Shown here: positions 12,681-26,147 of the stretch, piece by piece | How the letters are laid out: each line of letters opens with the position of its first letter | Position numbering within the stretch: the stretch's first letter is position 1 | Assembly: GCA_963514005.1 (NCBI GenBank) | Contig: OY740781.1 | Span: 182,280,001 to 182,344,000 of the forward strand | Source: Raja brachyura | Lineage: Eukaryota | Direction of reading: 5' to 3' | Length of the DNA stretch: 64,000 nucleotides | The notes under the pieces: model-generated | What the model saw: the letters and a program-made list of their open reading frames with translations, nothing else | Databases searched by the model: none | Told to the model about the DNA's origin: nothing | Program-made: the position numbers and the translations under genes

Positions 12681-13021
12681 ATCATTTTTAATTCCCAAGC
12701 AATGAGTTAAACATTTTTATTTTTAATGTCTTTCCTTCACGGACCAAATAATCTTTTTCACAGGTTATTACAGGAGGGAAATAAAACATTTTACTCCTTA
12801 CATATAAAGAGTTTATGAGCAAATGGTACTAAATAGGAAATTCATGAATTACACAAGATTACTTGAACTAAAATCTATACATACTTTTAAATAATTGAAG
12901 CTGTGATTTCCTCCATGACTTCAAAGATAAAATAATTTTGGGTACTAAAAGTTGAAGGGGGGGGGGGGCAATTCAGTGATATTCTCACCATGTTGATTCT
13001 TCATTTTTAAGAAGAACAGCA

Positions 13022-13439
13022 TCAGATTCAGATTCAGATTCAATTTTAATTGTCATTGTCAGTGTACAGTACAGAGACAACGAAATGCATTTAGCATCTC
13101 CCTGGAAGAGCGACACAGCAAATGATTTGAATAAATAACAATAAGTGTCCGGGGGGGGGGGGGGGGGGAGTGATTGGCAGTCACCGAGGTACGTTGTTGA
13201 GTAGCGTGACAGCCGCCGGAAAGAAGCTGTTCCTGGACCTGCTGGTTCGGCAACAGAGAGACCTGTAGCGCCTCCCGGATGGTAGGAGGGTAAACAGTCC
13301 ATGGTTGGGGTGAGAGAGGTCCTTGGCGATGCTGAGCGCCCTCCGCAGACAACGCTTGCTTTGGACAGACTCAATGGAGGGGAGCGAGGAACCGGTGATG
13401 CATTGGGCAATTTTCACCACCCTCTGCAATGCCTTCCGG
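13022..13439 (-). mobile_element. Rex1/Babar-type LINE, 5'-truncated 3' end
   Basis: ORF 13181-13429: LQRVVKIAQ..HPNHGLFTLLPSGRRYRSL..RNSFFP, typical Rex1/Babar C-terminus. (GAATCT)n tail at 13022-13041. Confidence 0.85.
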
Positions 13440-13899
13440 CATAATCTTCATCCAGAAGCAGCAAGAATGCTTTACATTTCCTGCTAATGTTAGTCTGGAC
13501 AAGTTAGTTATTAATCTACTCTCGTTTAATCAACTTGGAAATAGCTTTATGCAGGAGGAATCCAATTCTTCAAGAGAGTGCAGGATGAAGCTTCAGTGCT
13601 GATCTCTTACACATGAGCTCAGATTGATGAGGAACAGCATTTTTTTTGCCCTTGCAAAAACAGGAACAAAAATAATTTAATCTAATAAAGGAGGATAATA
13701 TGTGAAAAGAATGTAGAAATTATTCAAGGCTGAATGAAGAGAAGTTTAGCAAATGTAATCTGGAATATTAAGTCCTTAATGATCTGGAATACTATATAGT
13801 AAAGAGAGCAGAGCATAAAGAGGGTGAAGGCCAGAGAAGGATCCAAGTACAAAGATGAAGCATTGATTTTCAGCAGATAATTGAAACCAGGGAGAGAAG

Positions 13900-14135
13900 G
13901 GGAATGGGGGAAAGGAATTGGCTTTAGATTTCCAGAGGGCAATACTGTGGCACTTGACGTTCAGGATTGATGTCAGGAAATGTTTTCTTGTAAGTTCGCG
14001 GATGATTTTCCAGCCATGGAATGGAATGGAAAAACACTGGGTTATTCAAGACCTGGTTGATAATTTAAAGTGTGTTTCTGTGACCGAGGAGAAGGTTGAG
14101 ATTTGGTGACATGGGCCAAATGGGCTCCTCATGTG
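13900..14135 (+). mobile_element. Highly decayed CR1 3' fragment
   Basis: GATGTCAGGAAATGTTTTCT..TGGAAT..GGGCCAAATGGGCTCCTC follows the CR1 3' end layout. Confidence 0.45.
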
Positions 14136-15362
14136 AACTCATTGTTGTGACTTTTATATCATAAGCTGGGTATTATTTATTATCCTTGTTTAATTTTTGA
14201 AACAATGTTAAACTGGCCCATTTCAACGAACATTCTGCCAGTGATTTAATCTCACACCTATTGTGCCATTGATTGAGAGAAACATGATTATTTTGCTGAG
14301 TCTGATATTCAGATTAAGATGGCTCTTGCATAAACAGAAAAACATAATTTGCCCATAACTTTACTAATCTACCATTTTTGCATGATTTATTAACATACAT
14401 GATGATTAAATGTAAAAATAGCTTAATAGATATAGCATCTCATAACAATATTAAAAGTAACATAAGGTTAAGCTTCAGCCAGCAACATTAATAAGCCCAC
14501 GAAGGTGCAGGGTGGAGAGAAGTTCAGAGTAGAACGGTGCAAGAACAATCAACAGAAACCCAGCACAGGCTAATGTTGCAAAGTAACTGTGCTGCATAAT
14601 GTGTGTATACGAACAAGCATAATTGAAACATCCTATGGTAACAGTGATCTTCTGGGATGAAAATAGGTTTGTAATTGATTCAATTTTCCAGTCATTTTAA
14701 TTTTGTTTTTGCCCACAGGACATCCTGGCACATAGTACAAGTGTTTCTATTTGTTTTTCCCTCTCCTGTCAATCATTGGCTTGGCTTAATACCATATTCT
14801 GTCCATCATCATTTTGGTTATATTTTCAGACAAGAATTGTTGGTTCTTTAATTCAATGTCATAGTTGAACCTGATAAACCCATAGTACAGTGTCAGGTTA
14901 CCCTTTTGCTGGAGGGCAGGAACTGCCGCTCCATTTATGTAAATAAAAAATAATTCAATCGAAGTACAAATCCTGACACATTGCATGAAGTATTATCGCA
15001 CATATTTCACTGTTCAAAATAAAGAATTCATGTTATAAAGCAATTATAAGGAACTTCAAGCCAAAAAAACTGTTAATTAATCCTTTCTTTAAAATATTAT
15101 TATGTATATAGTCTAGCTATTCTTCAGGAGAATTAATTGCCCAAATGCCAATTTATCAGGACTTATAGACCTGATGCTTTTATGCATTTACTTCCTGTCA
15201 CATGAACTAGGTGCATGTAATTCAACCATTATTATGAAATTAAAATGGCATCAAATAATCTCATACAATTTGTGGGGAGCAAATGTAGAGATAACATTAT
15301 CAAAAATAGGAGCTGAGCATTTGGTATTTATTAAGATTTATTTGTCCTTTAAATAAGATATC

Positions 15363-16750
15363 CAGTGATTTATTCTCAGTCTCCGAGGCTGACATCAGTA
15401 GATCCTTCAGGAGGGTGAACCCTCAGAATGCATCTGGACCTGCTGGCAACCTTGTTGCGTTCTCTAAAGCTGCGACAAACCGGAGCCACTACAATAAGCC
15501 TACCTCCACAAAAGACCAATGGGGAATGCAATCTGCCTGGCTGTCCACATGGTACTGGACCATTTAGGCAAAAAAAAAAAAAAAAAAGAAAGGCTATTGT
15601 TCATAGCCTATAGTTTGACATTCAACACCATCATCCCCTCCAAATTTGTTACCAAGCTCAGGGAACTGGGTCTCTACACATCCCTTTGCTACTGAATCCT
15701 CGACTTCCTCATCAGCAGAACACAATCTGCATAAATTGGCAACAATGCTTCCTCCTCGATAACTATCAGCACTGGGGCACCTCAAGGCTGTGTACTCAGC
15801 CTCCTGCTCTATACCCATTACTGTTCTAACTGCATCTTTAAACTCGCTGGCTACACCATCATCTTTGGACGAAGTTTGGATAATGATGATTCAGAATATA
15901 CAAAGGTAACCAATCATCTGATTGAATGGTGCGAGAACAACAATCTTGCTCTTAACAACAGTGAATCCAAGGAATTTGTTATTGACTTCAGACGAGGAAG
16001 GCCAAAGATGCACAAACCTGTCTTTATCAATGGGTCAGTAGTGGAGAAAGTCAACAACTTAAAGTTCTTGAGCGTGCATATCTCTGAAGATCTATCCTGG
16101 TCCAAGCACATTGATGCAATCATAAAGAGAGTCCATCAACACCTTTACTTCCTCAAAAATAGGAGATTTGGTCGACACAAAATGCTGGACTAACTCAGCG
16201 GGACAGGCAGCATCTCTGGAGAGAAGGAATGGGTAGCGTTTAGGGTCGAGACCCCTCTTCAGACTTGGTATGTTGCCGAATACTCTCTTGAGCTTCTACA
16301 GGCATGCAGGGGAGAGCATATTGACTAATTGCATCATGGCCTGGTTTAGCAACTTGAATGCCCAGGAAGGAAGGATGTTACCAAAAGTAGTGAACACTGC
16401 CTGATCCATCACCAGTGCAGACCTCCCCACCAAGGAAGGGAATGTATAAAAGACACGGTCTCACAATGGCAACCAGCATCATCAAGGACCCACACCAGCC
16501 TGGCCATACTCTCATTTCACTTCAGCCATTGGGAAGAAGGCATAGGAGTCTGAAAACTGTAATCTCCAGGTTCAGGAACAAGTTCTTCCCAATAACCATT
16601 GGGCAATTGGCCACTGCAAACTCTGACTAATCTCCGAACTACAAACTCCCTGGGTTGCACTCGGGACTTTGGGCATTATTTTGTTTTTACAAAATATAGT
16701 TTTTTTTATTAATTGAACTTTGTTGTTGCTTTTTTATTTTATTATCTATT
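15363..16750 (+). mobile_element. Rex1/Babar-type LINE reverse-transcriptase region, decayed
   Basis: Frame fragments SEADISRSFRRVNP..SGP, PLQ*AY, NAICLAVHMVLDHL, FNTIIPSK, GAPQGCVLS, KFLSVHISEDLSWSKH, PLGRRHRSL..FRNKFFP. Interrupted by a Penelope mini-insert at about 16172-16265. Confidence 0.85.
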
Positions 16751-16907
16751 ATTTTATTACCTCACGGTTGCAATGACAGTATGCATCAACCCAGCTAAAA
16801 TCCCTCCCACCAACCCATCCCACACTGTACTCATTGCACGAGTGCATGTGGCAAAGCATGTGAGCAGCCCATACATGCTTTGATGAACAGAATAATTAAT
16901 TTACTCT

Positions 16908-17033
16908 GAAGATAGACACAAATGCTGGAGTAACTCAGCAGGGCAGGCAGCATTTCTGGAGAGAAGGAATGGGTGACATTTCGGGTCGAGGCCCTTCGGT
17001 TTAAACCGGCATCTGCAGTTCCTTCCTACAAAC
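16908..17033. mobile_element. Penelope-derived mini-insert with internal inversion and 11-bp TSD
   Basis: TAATTTACTCT at 16897-16907 and 17034-17044. An antisense arm is joined to a sense 3' end (GCATCTGCAGTTCCTTCCTACA). Confidence 0.85.
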
Positions 17034-17904
17034 TAATTTACTCTACTTGAATTTGAAGACATAGACTACAGGCACTCATCACGATTAATTAAAACAAAAA
17101 ATAAAAAACATTTTGATTGTCAAAGTGCTTTGGAAGTTGAACCACTAAAAATCGGTATTGTTTAATTATTTCACGTTAATGACAATACAAAACATAAATT
17201 ATTACGGGTCCTGCAGATGTTAGAATATTTGATCTGATGCATCAACCACAAAAAATTTAAATTAAAGAACCTTGCAACAACACGGCCAATATATAAATAC
17301 AAACCATAGTGCATAACTTTATCCTATTCAAATGCTTAGCTAATAGTATGTCCCAAGTGGATTGGGATCATTTCAGTATAATATCACCAATTACAGCCTG
17401 AATTTACCTTATATTATCAGTTATTCTGGTTACTCAAATTGCAGCATAATAAATTCATTATGGCATCATTGTGTGATGAATGTCACTTGTCTAGTAGATC
17501 AACTTTAAACAGGATTGATATTACTTTGAGAATACACAATTTCAATTTCAATTTTGTTTCTCTGGTAGAAATTAAAAATGGCAGCAGTGCCATTTGGAAT
17601 TCAAATTTAACTTGAGTAGAAAGGTAACAGATGATACAGTATAACAGATAAAGGAAGTGTTTTTTGTGTATCACTTGTAACCTATAAAATCTGCATGTTT
17701 GATGTTAATGGGCTGGGGAAGCAAAGTCAGTGTTGTGAGTTGTAGGCTATTGGACTCCGGTTACCAATCCTATTTCATTTTCTCTATTGTTGTAGAGTAG
17801 ATTTTGGTCATTTCAGGTTAGGCCAGTAGATGGAGTGCCGTATAATAATTGATTAGAATCCACATGGAGGTATTAGTGCAGGAATTGCAGAAACTAGAGT
17901 CACC

Positions 17905-19625
17905 ATTTAATCTTGTGAGTCTGTTCTATAATTCACTAAGATGATGGCTGGTTGGCCTCTCAACAGCATTTCTTTATTTTTTTCCCCAGACCCCTTAAAA
18001 CCTTTGGTTAATGGAAACCCTTCAATCTTGAATGTTAAAATTTCACCACATTTCTGCTCTGTGAATAATGATTCCTAAATTCACTCTTAAAAGGCCATGC
18101 TCTAATTTTTAGGCTGTGCCATTTGATCTCACAATCCAAAACGAGGTATCGTCCAATTCACTACACTACACTTGCTCTAAGGACGCCAATATCTTTACAA
18201 AGTCATAATGTTCCTGATACAAGCCATTAGACCCCTGTGACCATTGTTATTTGTGCCCAGACCTGCTCACGATACTTTGCGTGAGGCTTGTATAGTTGCA
18301 GCATAGTTTCAATGCGTGTACACAACTCCTAAAGGCAGGAGACCCATCAGATATTTCAATTATTTTCTGCACAGGTTCATGAAATGTTAATATTCTGTGC
18401 ATAAGACACAAAGTCTTTTAGGAGGTCAAGTGGTTCTGGCTTTTCACCTTAAGAAAGTACTTTGTTTTATCTATTTAAGAACAGAAGAGAATGTATTTAT
18501 TTACATTTAGTCTCTTTGCCATACTCTTGGCCATTCACTTCATTTATTTGTAACTGTTTTCTGATGTCATGCATCCAAGTCATGCAGTCATATAGTAATA
18601 CAATATGGAAATAGGCCTTTTCATTAATGCTGACCAAGGTGTCTTCAGGAGCTAGTCCCATTTATTTGCAATGGGCTCATAGTCCTCTGACCCTTTCTTA
18701 TCCATGTACCTGCCGAGATGTATTTTAAACATTGTAATAGTACCCACCTCTACCACTTCTGCTGCTACCTTGTTCCATACACCATCTTCTATGTGAAAAT
18801 ATTTCCCTTCATGTCCTCTTCAACTTTTTCCTTTCTCACCTCTGCTCTCTAGTTTTAAATTCCCCTACCTAGGAAAAAAAAGACTGATACATTCACTTCA
18901 TCTATGCCTCGCATGATTTTATAAATCTCCAGAAGGTCACCCTCAGTCTCATTCATTCCAGGAAAAGCAGCCCAGCCTAATCAGTCTCCTCTCACAATTC
19001 AAGCCCGCAAGTCATGGCATCATACATGTGAATTCTTGCATCTACATTGTATTCAGTGCTTCCAATGTTCAATCATAGGCAAATTACAATTGTGGCTTTC
19101 CTTTCAATCGTGTAAATCATCTGTAAAAGTGGTGAAAAGTTGTCACCTCAATAGGCTTCCTCTTCAGAACACCATCAGTCATATACTCCCAAAATGAGTG
19201 CCTCAACTAGGTTAACAATTGCCTTCAATCACTGGATCTTCCATCTTTACTGACAGTTTATAAGTGAGGGAGTTTATTAAATGCCTTCTGTTTGTCCATA
19301 TAAATAACATTATTAAATGTATCCACTGCTTTGGTCACGTTTTCATGAGATTAAATTTGTTTTGTGAGGCACTTTATAATTTCATATTGTTTTTTCTGAT
19401 CGACTGAAAATTTACAAGGATTGGAATCACATCCTTAATTATAGTGTCTATTAATTTCCTGTCAATGAACATTAGGGCTAGCTGATCTATAACTTCCTTG
19501 TTTTCTTTTCTCACTCTATGTAAGTATGAGAGTGACATGTGTAATTTTCCAATTACAGGAACAGAACTTGGGAAATTATAGTGTTGGCATCAACTTCTTT
19601 TAAAAACTTGAGATGGAAATCTTAA
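17905..19625 (-). mobile_element. Old CR1 LINE remnant with a younger nested CR1 3' fragment (about 18585-19025)
   Basis: Antisense CR1 landmarks such as AAATGCCTTCTG (FQKAF), CATGATTTTATA (YKIM) and a 3' UTR-like segment at 18590-18700. Heavily decayed. Confidence 0.6.
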
Positions 19626-20355
19626 GAGCAGGGAAAACCAATAGGACTACAATTGTCCCGAAGAAGGGCAACGTTGATGGGTTTACTACAAAAAACAGTG
19701 TGGTTCATTGTTGAACTCTTTTCGTTTGAAATTGAAATTCAGCAATAGCAGATCTCTGAAATTAGAAGCAACGACCAGGTGGCACACCAATGGATATTTT
19801 GGCACTGTATTCTTTTCCATTTGAAGGTGTGAGAGGGAGGAAATTAGGGGTAATGAATTGTCCATTCATTCTCCTTGACAGTGTTCATTTTGGAAACAAA
19901 CAAAACCTCCTGAAGGAAATTGGTAGGACTGATGCAGTTCCTTCTTTAACACTGATGCATTTGGTTCCCAGTATCCTGTGACTATCCTGGTCCTCCAAGA
20001 ACTGAAGATTAATCTTTCAGCCAAACCCATGGCAATCTGGGTGACAAATCATGGAGAGCGGTGATCCAATAATAAATTCACATTGGGTATAGTCCAAACT
20101 TGCTGTGTCTAACAACAAGTGTGGACTATACCCTACAGCAAGTGTGGAAGACAACCTGCAGCATTTCATCATCGCATCAACATATGTTGTATCATCCAAC
20201 TAGCCATAATCAGTACCAAGAAAAATATAAAATTATTTTGGGTTAACCTTTCTTCTGGTGGTTGTAACTTATTTGTAAATTCTCACTGTTACACTACGTT
20301 GACTCCATACATTCATGGCATGTATGTTGCTCACTTTTTGAATATTTCTCCAGCT

Positions 20356-20451
20356 TTGGATGATCAGCCATGATCATATTGAATGGTGGTGCAGGCTCGA
20401 AGGGCCGAATGGCCTACTCCTGCACCTAATTTCTATGTTTCTATGTTTCTA
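20356..20451 (+). mobile_element. CR1 3' UTR fragment with (TTTCTATG)n tail
   Basis: Near-identical to 56900-56998. Confidence 0.9.
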
Positions 20452-20759
20452 ATAACCGGGGCATTTCTATAGAACATTTTGTACTTTTTATTTTGGCATT
20501 CTTTAATCAATTGCTTTAGAGATAAGAACTTGTTAAATGCTTAGTTGTTTGGACACAAAAATCAAAATTTAGTTGCAGCACAATCTGGTACTGTTTTAAA
20601 GATGCAATATACATTACCAAACAAATGTATGAGTTGTGATCTTGTAGTGAATCCTCTTGAATATACATAGATCAAATATATTAGACAGTAACTAACCTAT
20701 TGATGAAGACGTAGTCAATTTGTAATGACCTCTAATGGCACGTAAGATCTCAACCTGTT

Positions 20760-21170
20760 ATAAGATGGATATCAAGTGCTGCTGGAAGCACTTCATCTCG
20801 GTGAAAGATGCTATTTGGTTGTCCCGAAACGTGCTGGTCTTCCAGCACAGCAAGATGTGACTGGCCTATTCCAGATTGTTGAGGGATGCACTGAAGCTTG
20901 GTGTAACCAATGCAAAGACTGTGGGGAAGGACCACAGTCTAGGGTCCTTCCACTGCTGGGAAATGAGGGGTTGAGACCGATAGGGACACCTTTCAAACAT
21001 GGGAAGAGATATCAGTCAAGGGGGCCACTTGAGTGGCACGGGTACTCTCTTTAAAGATAGGTACGAACACTATTGGGTATGACATTATTGAATGAATGGA
21101 CACTGAGAACGTATGAAGAGTTTTTGCATCTTTTGTATATTTTTTATTCTGAATAAAGGTTATTTTTGTA
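20760..21170 (+). mobile_element. Tx1-clade (L1-like) LINE 3' fragment
   Basis: Translates ISVKDAIWLSRNVLVFQH, resembling Tx1 ORF2 C-termini. Homologous to 43915-44360. AATAAA near 21152. Confidence 0.65.
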
Positions 21171-22094
21171 ATAAGGCAAAGTTATGTCATTGGGTTGATA
21201 TTACTGGATGATATCAACAGATGCTGCAGCATACGTGTTTTAACACCAAATTGTTTGTAGATTTTTTGTTTTAATTTAGTCCAAAATGACATACAACTTT
21301 GCTGTTCATGTAGATTTCAGAGATTTTAAAGAATAAAGCCAACCTGGTTCACAAGTGTATTTTTGCTTATCTACATGGTGCAGAAATATCATGTCGTAAT
21401 TTAAGGAACACTGTTTAAAATAGAGTTACTTGTTCAACTGTGCCCAAGCATTGCTAAATTACTGCAAATTACAGTCTTTGGTAGTTATGTGAGTATTTAA
21501 AAGAAACAGATGGTTCTAAAAAAAATCTTTAATCCTTCAGTACCATGTAAAGATAAAGCTTTTAAATCCATAATTACAGTATTTAACAAAATATCCAACC
21601 AACACAAATAAGTTTAACTCTGGCAGTTATAAAGTGGAGTTAGAGAAATATTTCTTAATTTACTGTTATTTTCAAGAAAAGAATGTGATACATTGTAATT
21701 TATATTGGTGCATGAATACTGCTGCAGTTTGACAGGATTTACATGTTTAAAGACCACCATGTACATTCGTCTTTAACCATTGCTGTATAAAAAAAATGTT
21801 TAGCATATCCATTCCCACGTGACCACTGTTTACTATTTCTTAACACAATTATCTTTGGCAAAACACAAAGTGTTGCAGGGACTCAGCTGGCTACACAGTA
21901 TCTGTGGAGGGAATGGACAGATGCCATTTCGAGTCGGGGCCCTTCTGATTTTGTGCCACACTTCACATTAGCGTGATATTGTCTTGGGCACAGACAAAGC
22001 ACTGGAGCAGAGAATATGATAGAAGAGTCTCCATCTGCTCTAAACATTGCGTGCACTACTAGCAATATTTAACATTGAAGTTTTTATTATTTAT

Positions 22095-22645
22095 TCAATT
22101 TCCTGATGTAGGTTTTGATGGCAAGGCAGCATTTATTGTGTTTAATTACTATTGAGAAGGAGATGGGAAAATTGCCTTTGAGAAGGTAATGGAAACCGTG
22201 TTCTTGAACTCCTGACTTTATAGTAAAAGTTCTCCCACAGTATTGTTGGGGAGAATTCCAGACTTTAACCCAACAAATGTTTAATGTTTTTAACTTCCAA
22301 GCATTGCTAAATTACTGCAAATTGATGAGTGACTGGAGGAGAAGCTTCAGATAGTGGTGTTCTCATGACCTTGCAGCTCTTGTCCTTTCTGGTTGATGGA
22401 AGGGGTTAAGGGGAGTTGGGAAACACAGAAAGATTAGCTTGAACAGGTCCACAGTGCATTTTGAAATTGGTGTGCACTATAGCTACAGTGTGACAGTAAC
22501 GGTGGGAATAATATTTAAATTGGAGGTTGGGATGCTTTATCCCAGATGATGCTGATTGGCTTGAGTAATGTTGGAGCTCTACTCATTGAGGCAATTGGAG
22601 AGCAATTGATCACATTCCTGGCTGTTGTTGTCTATTAGATGGTGG
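22095..22645 (-). mobile_element. Ancient LINE fragment (CR1/L2 group)
   Basis: GGCAAGGCAGCATTTATT..TTGAGAAGG..TTCTTGAAC..ATTCCAGACTTTAACCC pattern. Related decayed sequence at about 44430-45050. Recognised by resemblance only. Confidence 0.45.
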
Positions 22646-23724
22646 GAGCATAGAAATAATCAGCAAAACTCTGAAAAATTGAGTTAATATGGTTGAATTT
22701 CACATGGACAGAAATGAATGGAAAGACAATGAGAGTCCAAGAATAAAGGAGATAAAATGATGAATTGACAAAATCCATAGAAATAAAGTTGCTTAAGCAT
22801 TAAAAAAATAAATGAAGCTGTCTTCGAAGGCTCTGAATGAACTCTCTCCACTTGTTCCTTTTCGTGGCTGAGGAGTTTGATTGACAGTAGCCCATACTTA
22901 TCATGTTGTTAAAAGGGTAATCCTTTGTAATTGCTCATTCTAAATCATGATGTCAGATGTACTTTGTTGTTATAGTTCTTCATCTCTATTACAAGATAAT
23001 AAAGTCAGATTGCAGATCGTGTTTGCAAGACTCAGCTGACAAAATCTAGCAACTTAAAGGCATTCACATTTTCAGCACAGTGAGGTTCCAGCCTGCCTTG
23101 AAGATGTGGCACAATAAATCTTCTAATATAACTGCACTTTTCTACCCATTCTGAAACTGCTTATCTCTGTAGAAATGATAGCAAGTGCCATTAACCATGG
23201 TTAATTTGATAGAAAATCTAGCTCAACATGTGCAAAAAGAACAGCTGGTGGTCAGAGACCTCTACCCTCATAACCAGAACAAGGAATTAGATCGTTATTT
23301 GTGCTATTTATAAAGATGTGGTTTATTCATTCATGCTTAGAGGATACAAATGGTAAGTTAATATTCATGTCACACATGTTTGAGGCATCTTCAAGTGATT
23401 TCTGCCTTAAAGTTCAACGGCAGCACCAATGTTCAATTCCTCACCATCAATATCCTGGGTGCAAATGCTTTAAATAAGTTTGATAAGGTATCAGTGTAGA
23501 AAATTGAACAAAGATTTTTCTTTTTCTTTTATGAAGCTTATAAGCAATATCACCAGAAGTTATTTCACGCAAGCAACATGCGGAAATGAACAATAATACG
23601 ATCATATAAAAGATTGAAGCAGAACAATTCTATTCGATTGAAGGACTGAAGAAAGATAGCAGTTCTTAAAGATAATTTCATTTGGAAATGCATGACAGTT
23701 ACCTTCTAATGAAGTGAAAGTGTA

Positions 23725-23855
23725 TTATAAGATCATAATTTGGCCATTTGGCCCATCGTCTACTCCATCCATCCTCCTGTCTTCACCCCATAACCTCTGA
23801 TACCTGTGCTAATCAAGAATCTACCTATCTCTGCCTTAGATATATCCACTGACTT
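23725..23855 (-). mobile_element. CR1 3' fragment
   Basis: GGCCATTTGGCCCATC..CCCCATAACCTCTGATACC..CTATCTCTGCCTTAGATAT, antisense CR1 end. Confidence 0.7.
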
Positions 23856-24754
23856 GTGTTGTGATTCTGTGCAGCAGGAGAGGCAATGCCGGCAATAATC
23901 ATCTATTCCTTTACTTTTAACCCGGTGTCATCACTTAACAAACCATAATGTTTTTCAGACAATACAATTTTAAATTACTTTTTAGCGCTGTCTCATTGGA
24001 TACTACACAGCACCCAAGTCGCAAGTTCAACTGTGATGTGCACAAGAAAGTTACTTGAATTGAATGCGCGGTAGTTTTATATAAACATCATACTCTATTT
24101 ATCATAGCCAGTGGGAACAATGGGCTAATATTTTCTCCTTTGAAATTCTCGAGCTAAGAGGAATTTTTAACATCAAAAATATGGTGAAAAAAAATGTTAT
24201 GTGAATTACATATGGCACAATATTCTATTTAGGTTGTCTTTGGAAATGTGATTCAGTTTTGATTCAATCGACCGTTCTACATGGAGCTGTTGTGAATCAG
24301 TGTTTGCAATTTTTTAATCAATGTGGGCTGTGTTGTTTTGAGCCTTTTCATCAAGCTGTTTGTAGAGACATATTAGTTTACCCAATGTTTTTATTAATGT
24401 CACGTCGCATTAGAAGTATTGGACAGGTATATTTATATTTTGTACTTGCCAACTTTGCAATTTTACAACAATTGACTGTTGCAGATGACTAATTAGCAGA
24501 TATTATTTTTAAGTTGAAAAACAAAGGCGACGGACCTAACCTGTGGTACAAGACTCTACAAGGATTAAGCCAGAGAGGAAGGACAATTGAGCTACGCATA
24601 GCTTACCCCAGGTTTAATTTTAAAATTTAAAAAAATTCTGGGGATACTCAGTGGTTTGGTAGCAGGTGTGGTGTGAAAAACAAAGTTAATAGTTCGTACT
24701 AGAGATACATATCAGTTGCAGTCAGTCATTAATATGAAGCTGAAAGTTCCATTA

Positions 24755-24959
24755 TGGGCCTGTCCCACTTTGGCCGTCAGTTACGTGACAGGTCTGTGGT
24801 GCGCGAGGATTTTGTGCAGGACGAAGTCCACACTCCTCCACGCCATTCCACATTCCTCCACACCACTCCATGTGCCCGTCCCGCGCTACCGACGCGCTAC
24901 CCACATGCTAGCACGTCGCGTAAATGGCGCGCAAATGACGGCCAAGTGGGACAGGCCCT
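24755..24959. mobile_element. PIF/Harbinger-type MITE, intact ends
   Basis: TIRs of about 24 bp, GGGCCTGTCCCACTT(T)GGCCGTCA / TGACGGCCAAGTGGGACAGGCCC. 3-bp TTA TSD at 24752-24754 and 24960-24962. Confidence 0.9.
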
Positions 24960-26147
24960 TTACTCGAGAGATGCAACACTTTAGGTAAAATTGGCAGCAT
25001 TTCCTGTTTGCTTTGAAGTGAATAATCACTGATAATGGATTTAATGTTCTACCATTATCATGTTCTGGTAAGTATGGAATTCAGGTGAGCCAAAACATAA
25101 TAGTAAGCGCGATATTGGGTTTGGATTTATTTTGTACTGTTTTTTTAATTAAAAAAAGTACAAGAGTTTGTATTAAATACGTTTGTGGGCCTCAGTGAGG
25201 TATCAGTTGAGCTCTTGGCTTTCTCACTGCTTTGGCATCCATTTCAGTCGATGATAAGTACAACTAGATGCTGGCTGGGTTGTGTGCAGATGCCACCAGA
25301 CCTACTGGGCTTTTACAGAACTTTCTGCTTCTGTTGGTGCAGTAGCATTGACAAAATATTAACATGGAACAAGCTGTGGGGTAAGGGTTCCTGGAGACAG
25401 GTAGAGGAAGGTCGTGCTAATTCTGAAGAGTTGGAGGAGGAGAATGCTTCTACACTGGGAGAACTTACAGTAAAATATTATTTTAACTGACCAACAGTTA
25501 GCGATCATTAAAGAACTTTCCGGACGGCTATTCGTCTGACGTTAAGCCCCTCAGTTATATAATCAAATGATCCATTGCCAATTGCTCCATATAAATTTGG
25601 TCATTCATTTATTGGTCTCCACAAATCAAGATTGAACAATGTCATTGGAGTGTGGAGAACAGTGATTTACTCAGCATGCATGGAGCCTTATGATTTCATA
25701 CCCAGCCCTATGTTCTGGTCTCTTAAACATAAATGAGAAAATGCTGTAAGCAAGGAGTTATATTGTTATGTTCAATTTATATAATGAAAACAACCTGGAC
25801 AGAAAAGTTGGCTCCATCGTACGTGTTGTTTTATTGCTGCAGGTGGTGATTTGATTCTAATTTGGCACACATATTTGTAGAGCAAATCGCCATGTTGGTA
25901 AGGACATTAACAGGTACGCTGCAAATATATATGTGCAGCAGTCATCAGCTTGCAATGTTGATTTCATGTAACTACTGCTGATTTGGGGCTAAGAGACCCA
26001 CCTAATGGCACATATTAACCTGCATAGTAGAACACGTGTGCTGTTGCAGGAAGCACCTGTCATCAATGCTCTTTAAACTACCTGTACCATTGGCTAATGC
26101 TATAATTTTGCAAGAGTAGAATTAATAAAAGGTATATGGTGTTGTCC

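Noticed and set aside
15570-15591. Poly-A run suggesting a processed pseudogene
   Set aside because: It lies in register inside a Rex1/Babar RT region (between VLDHL and LF..FNTII), so it is an expanded A-rich patch and not a retrocopy tail.
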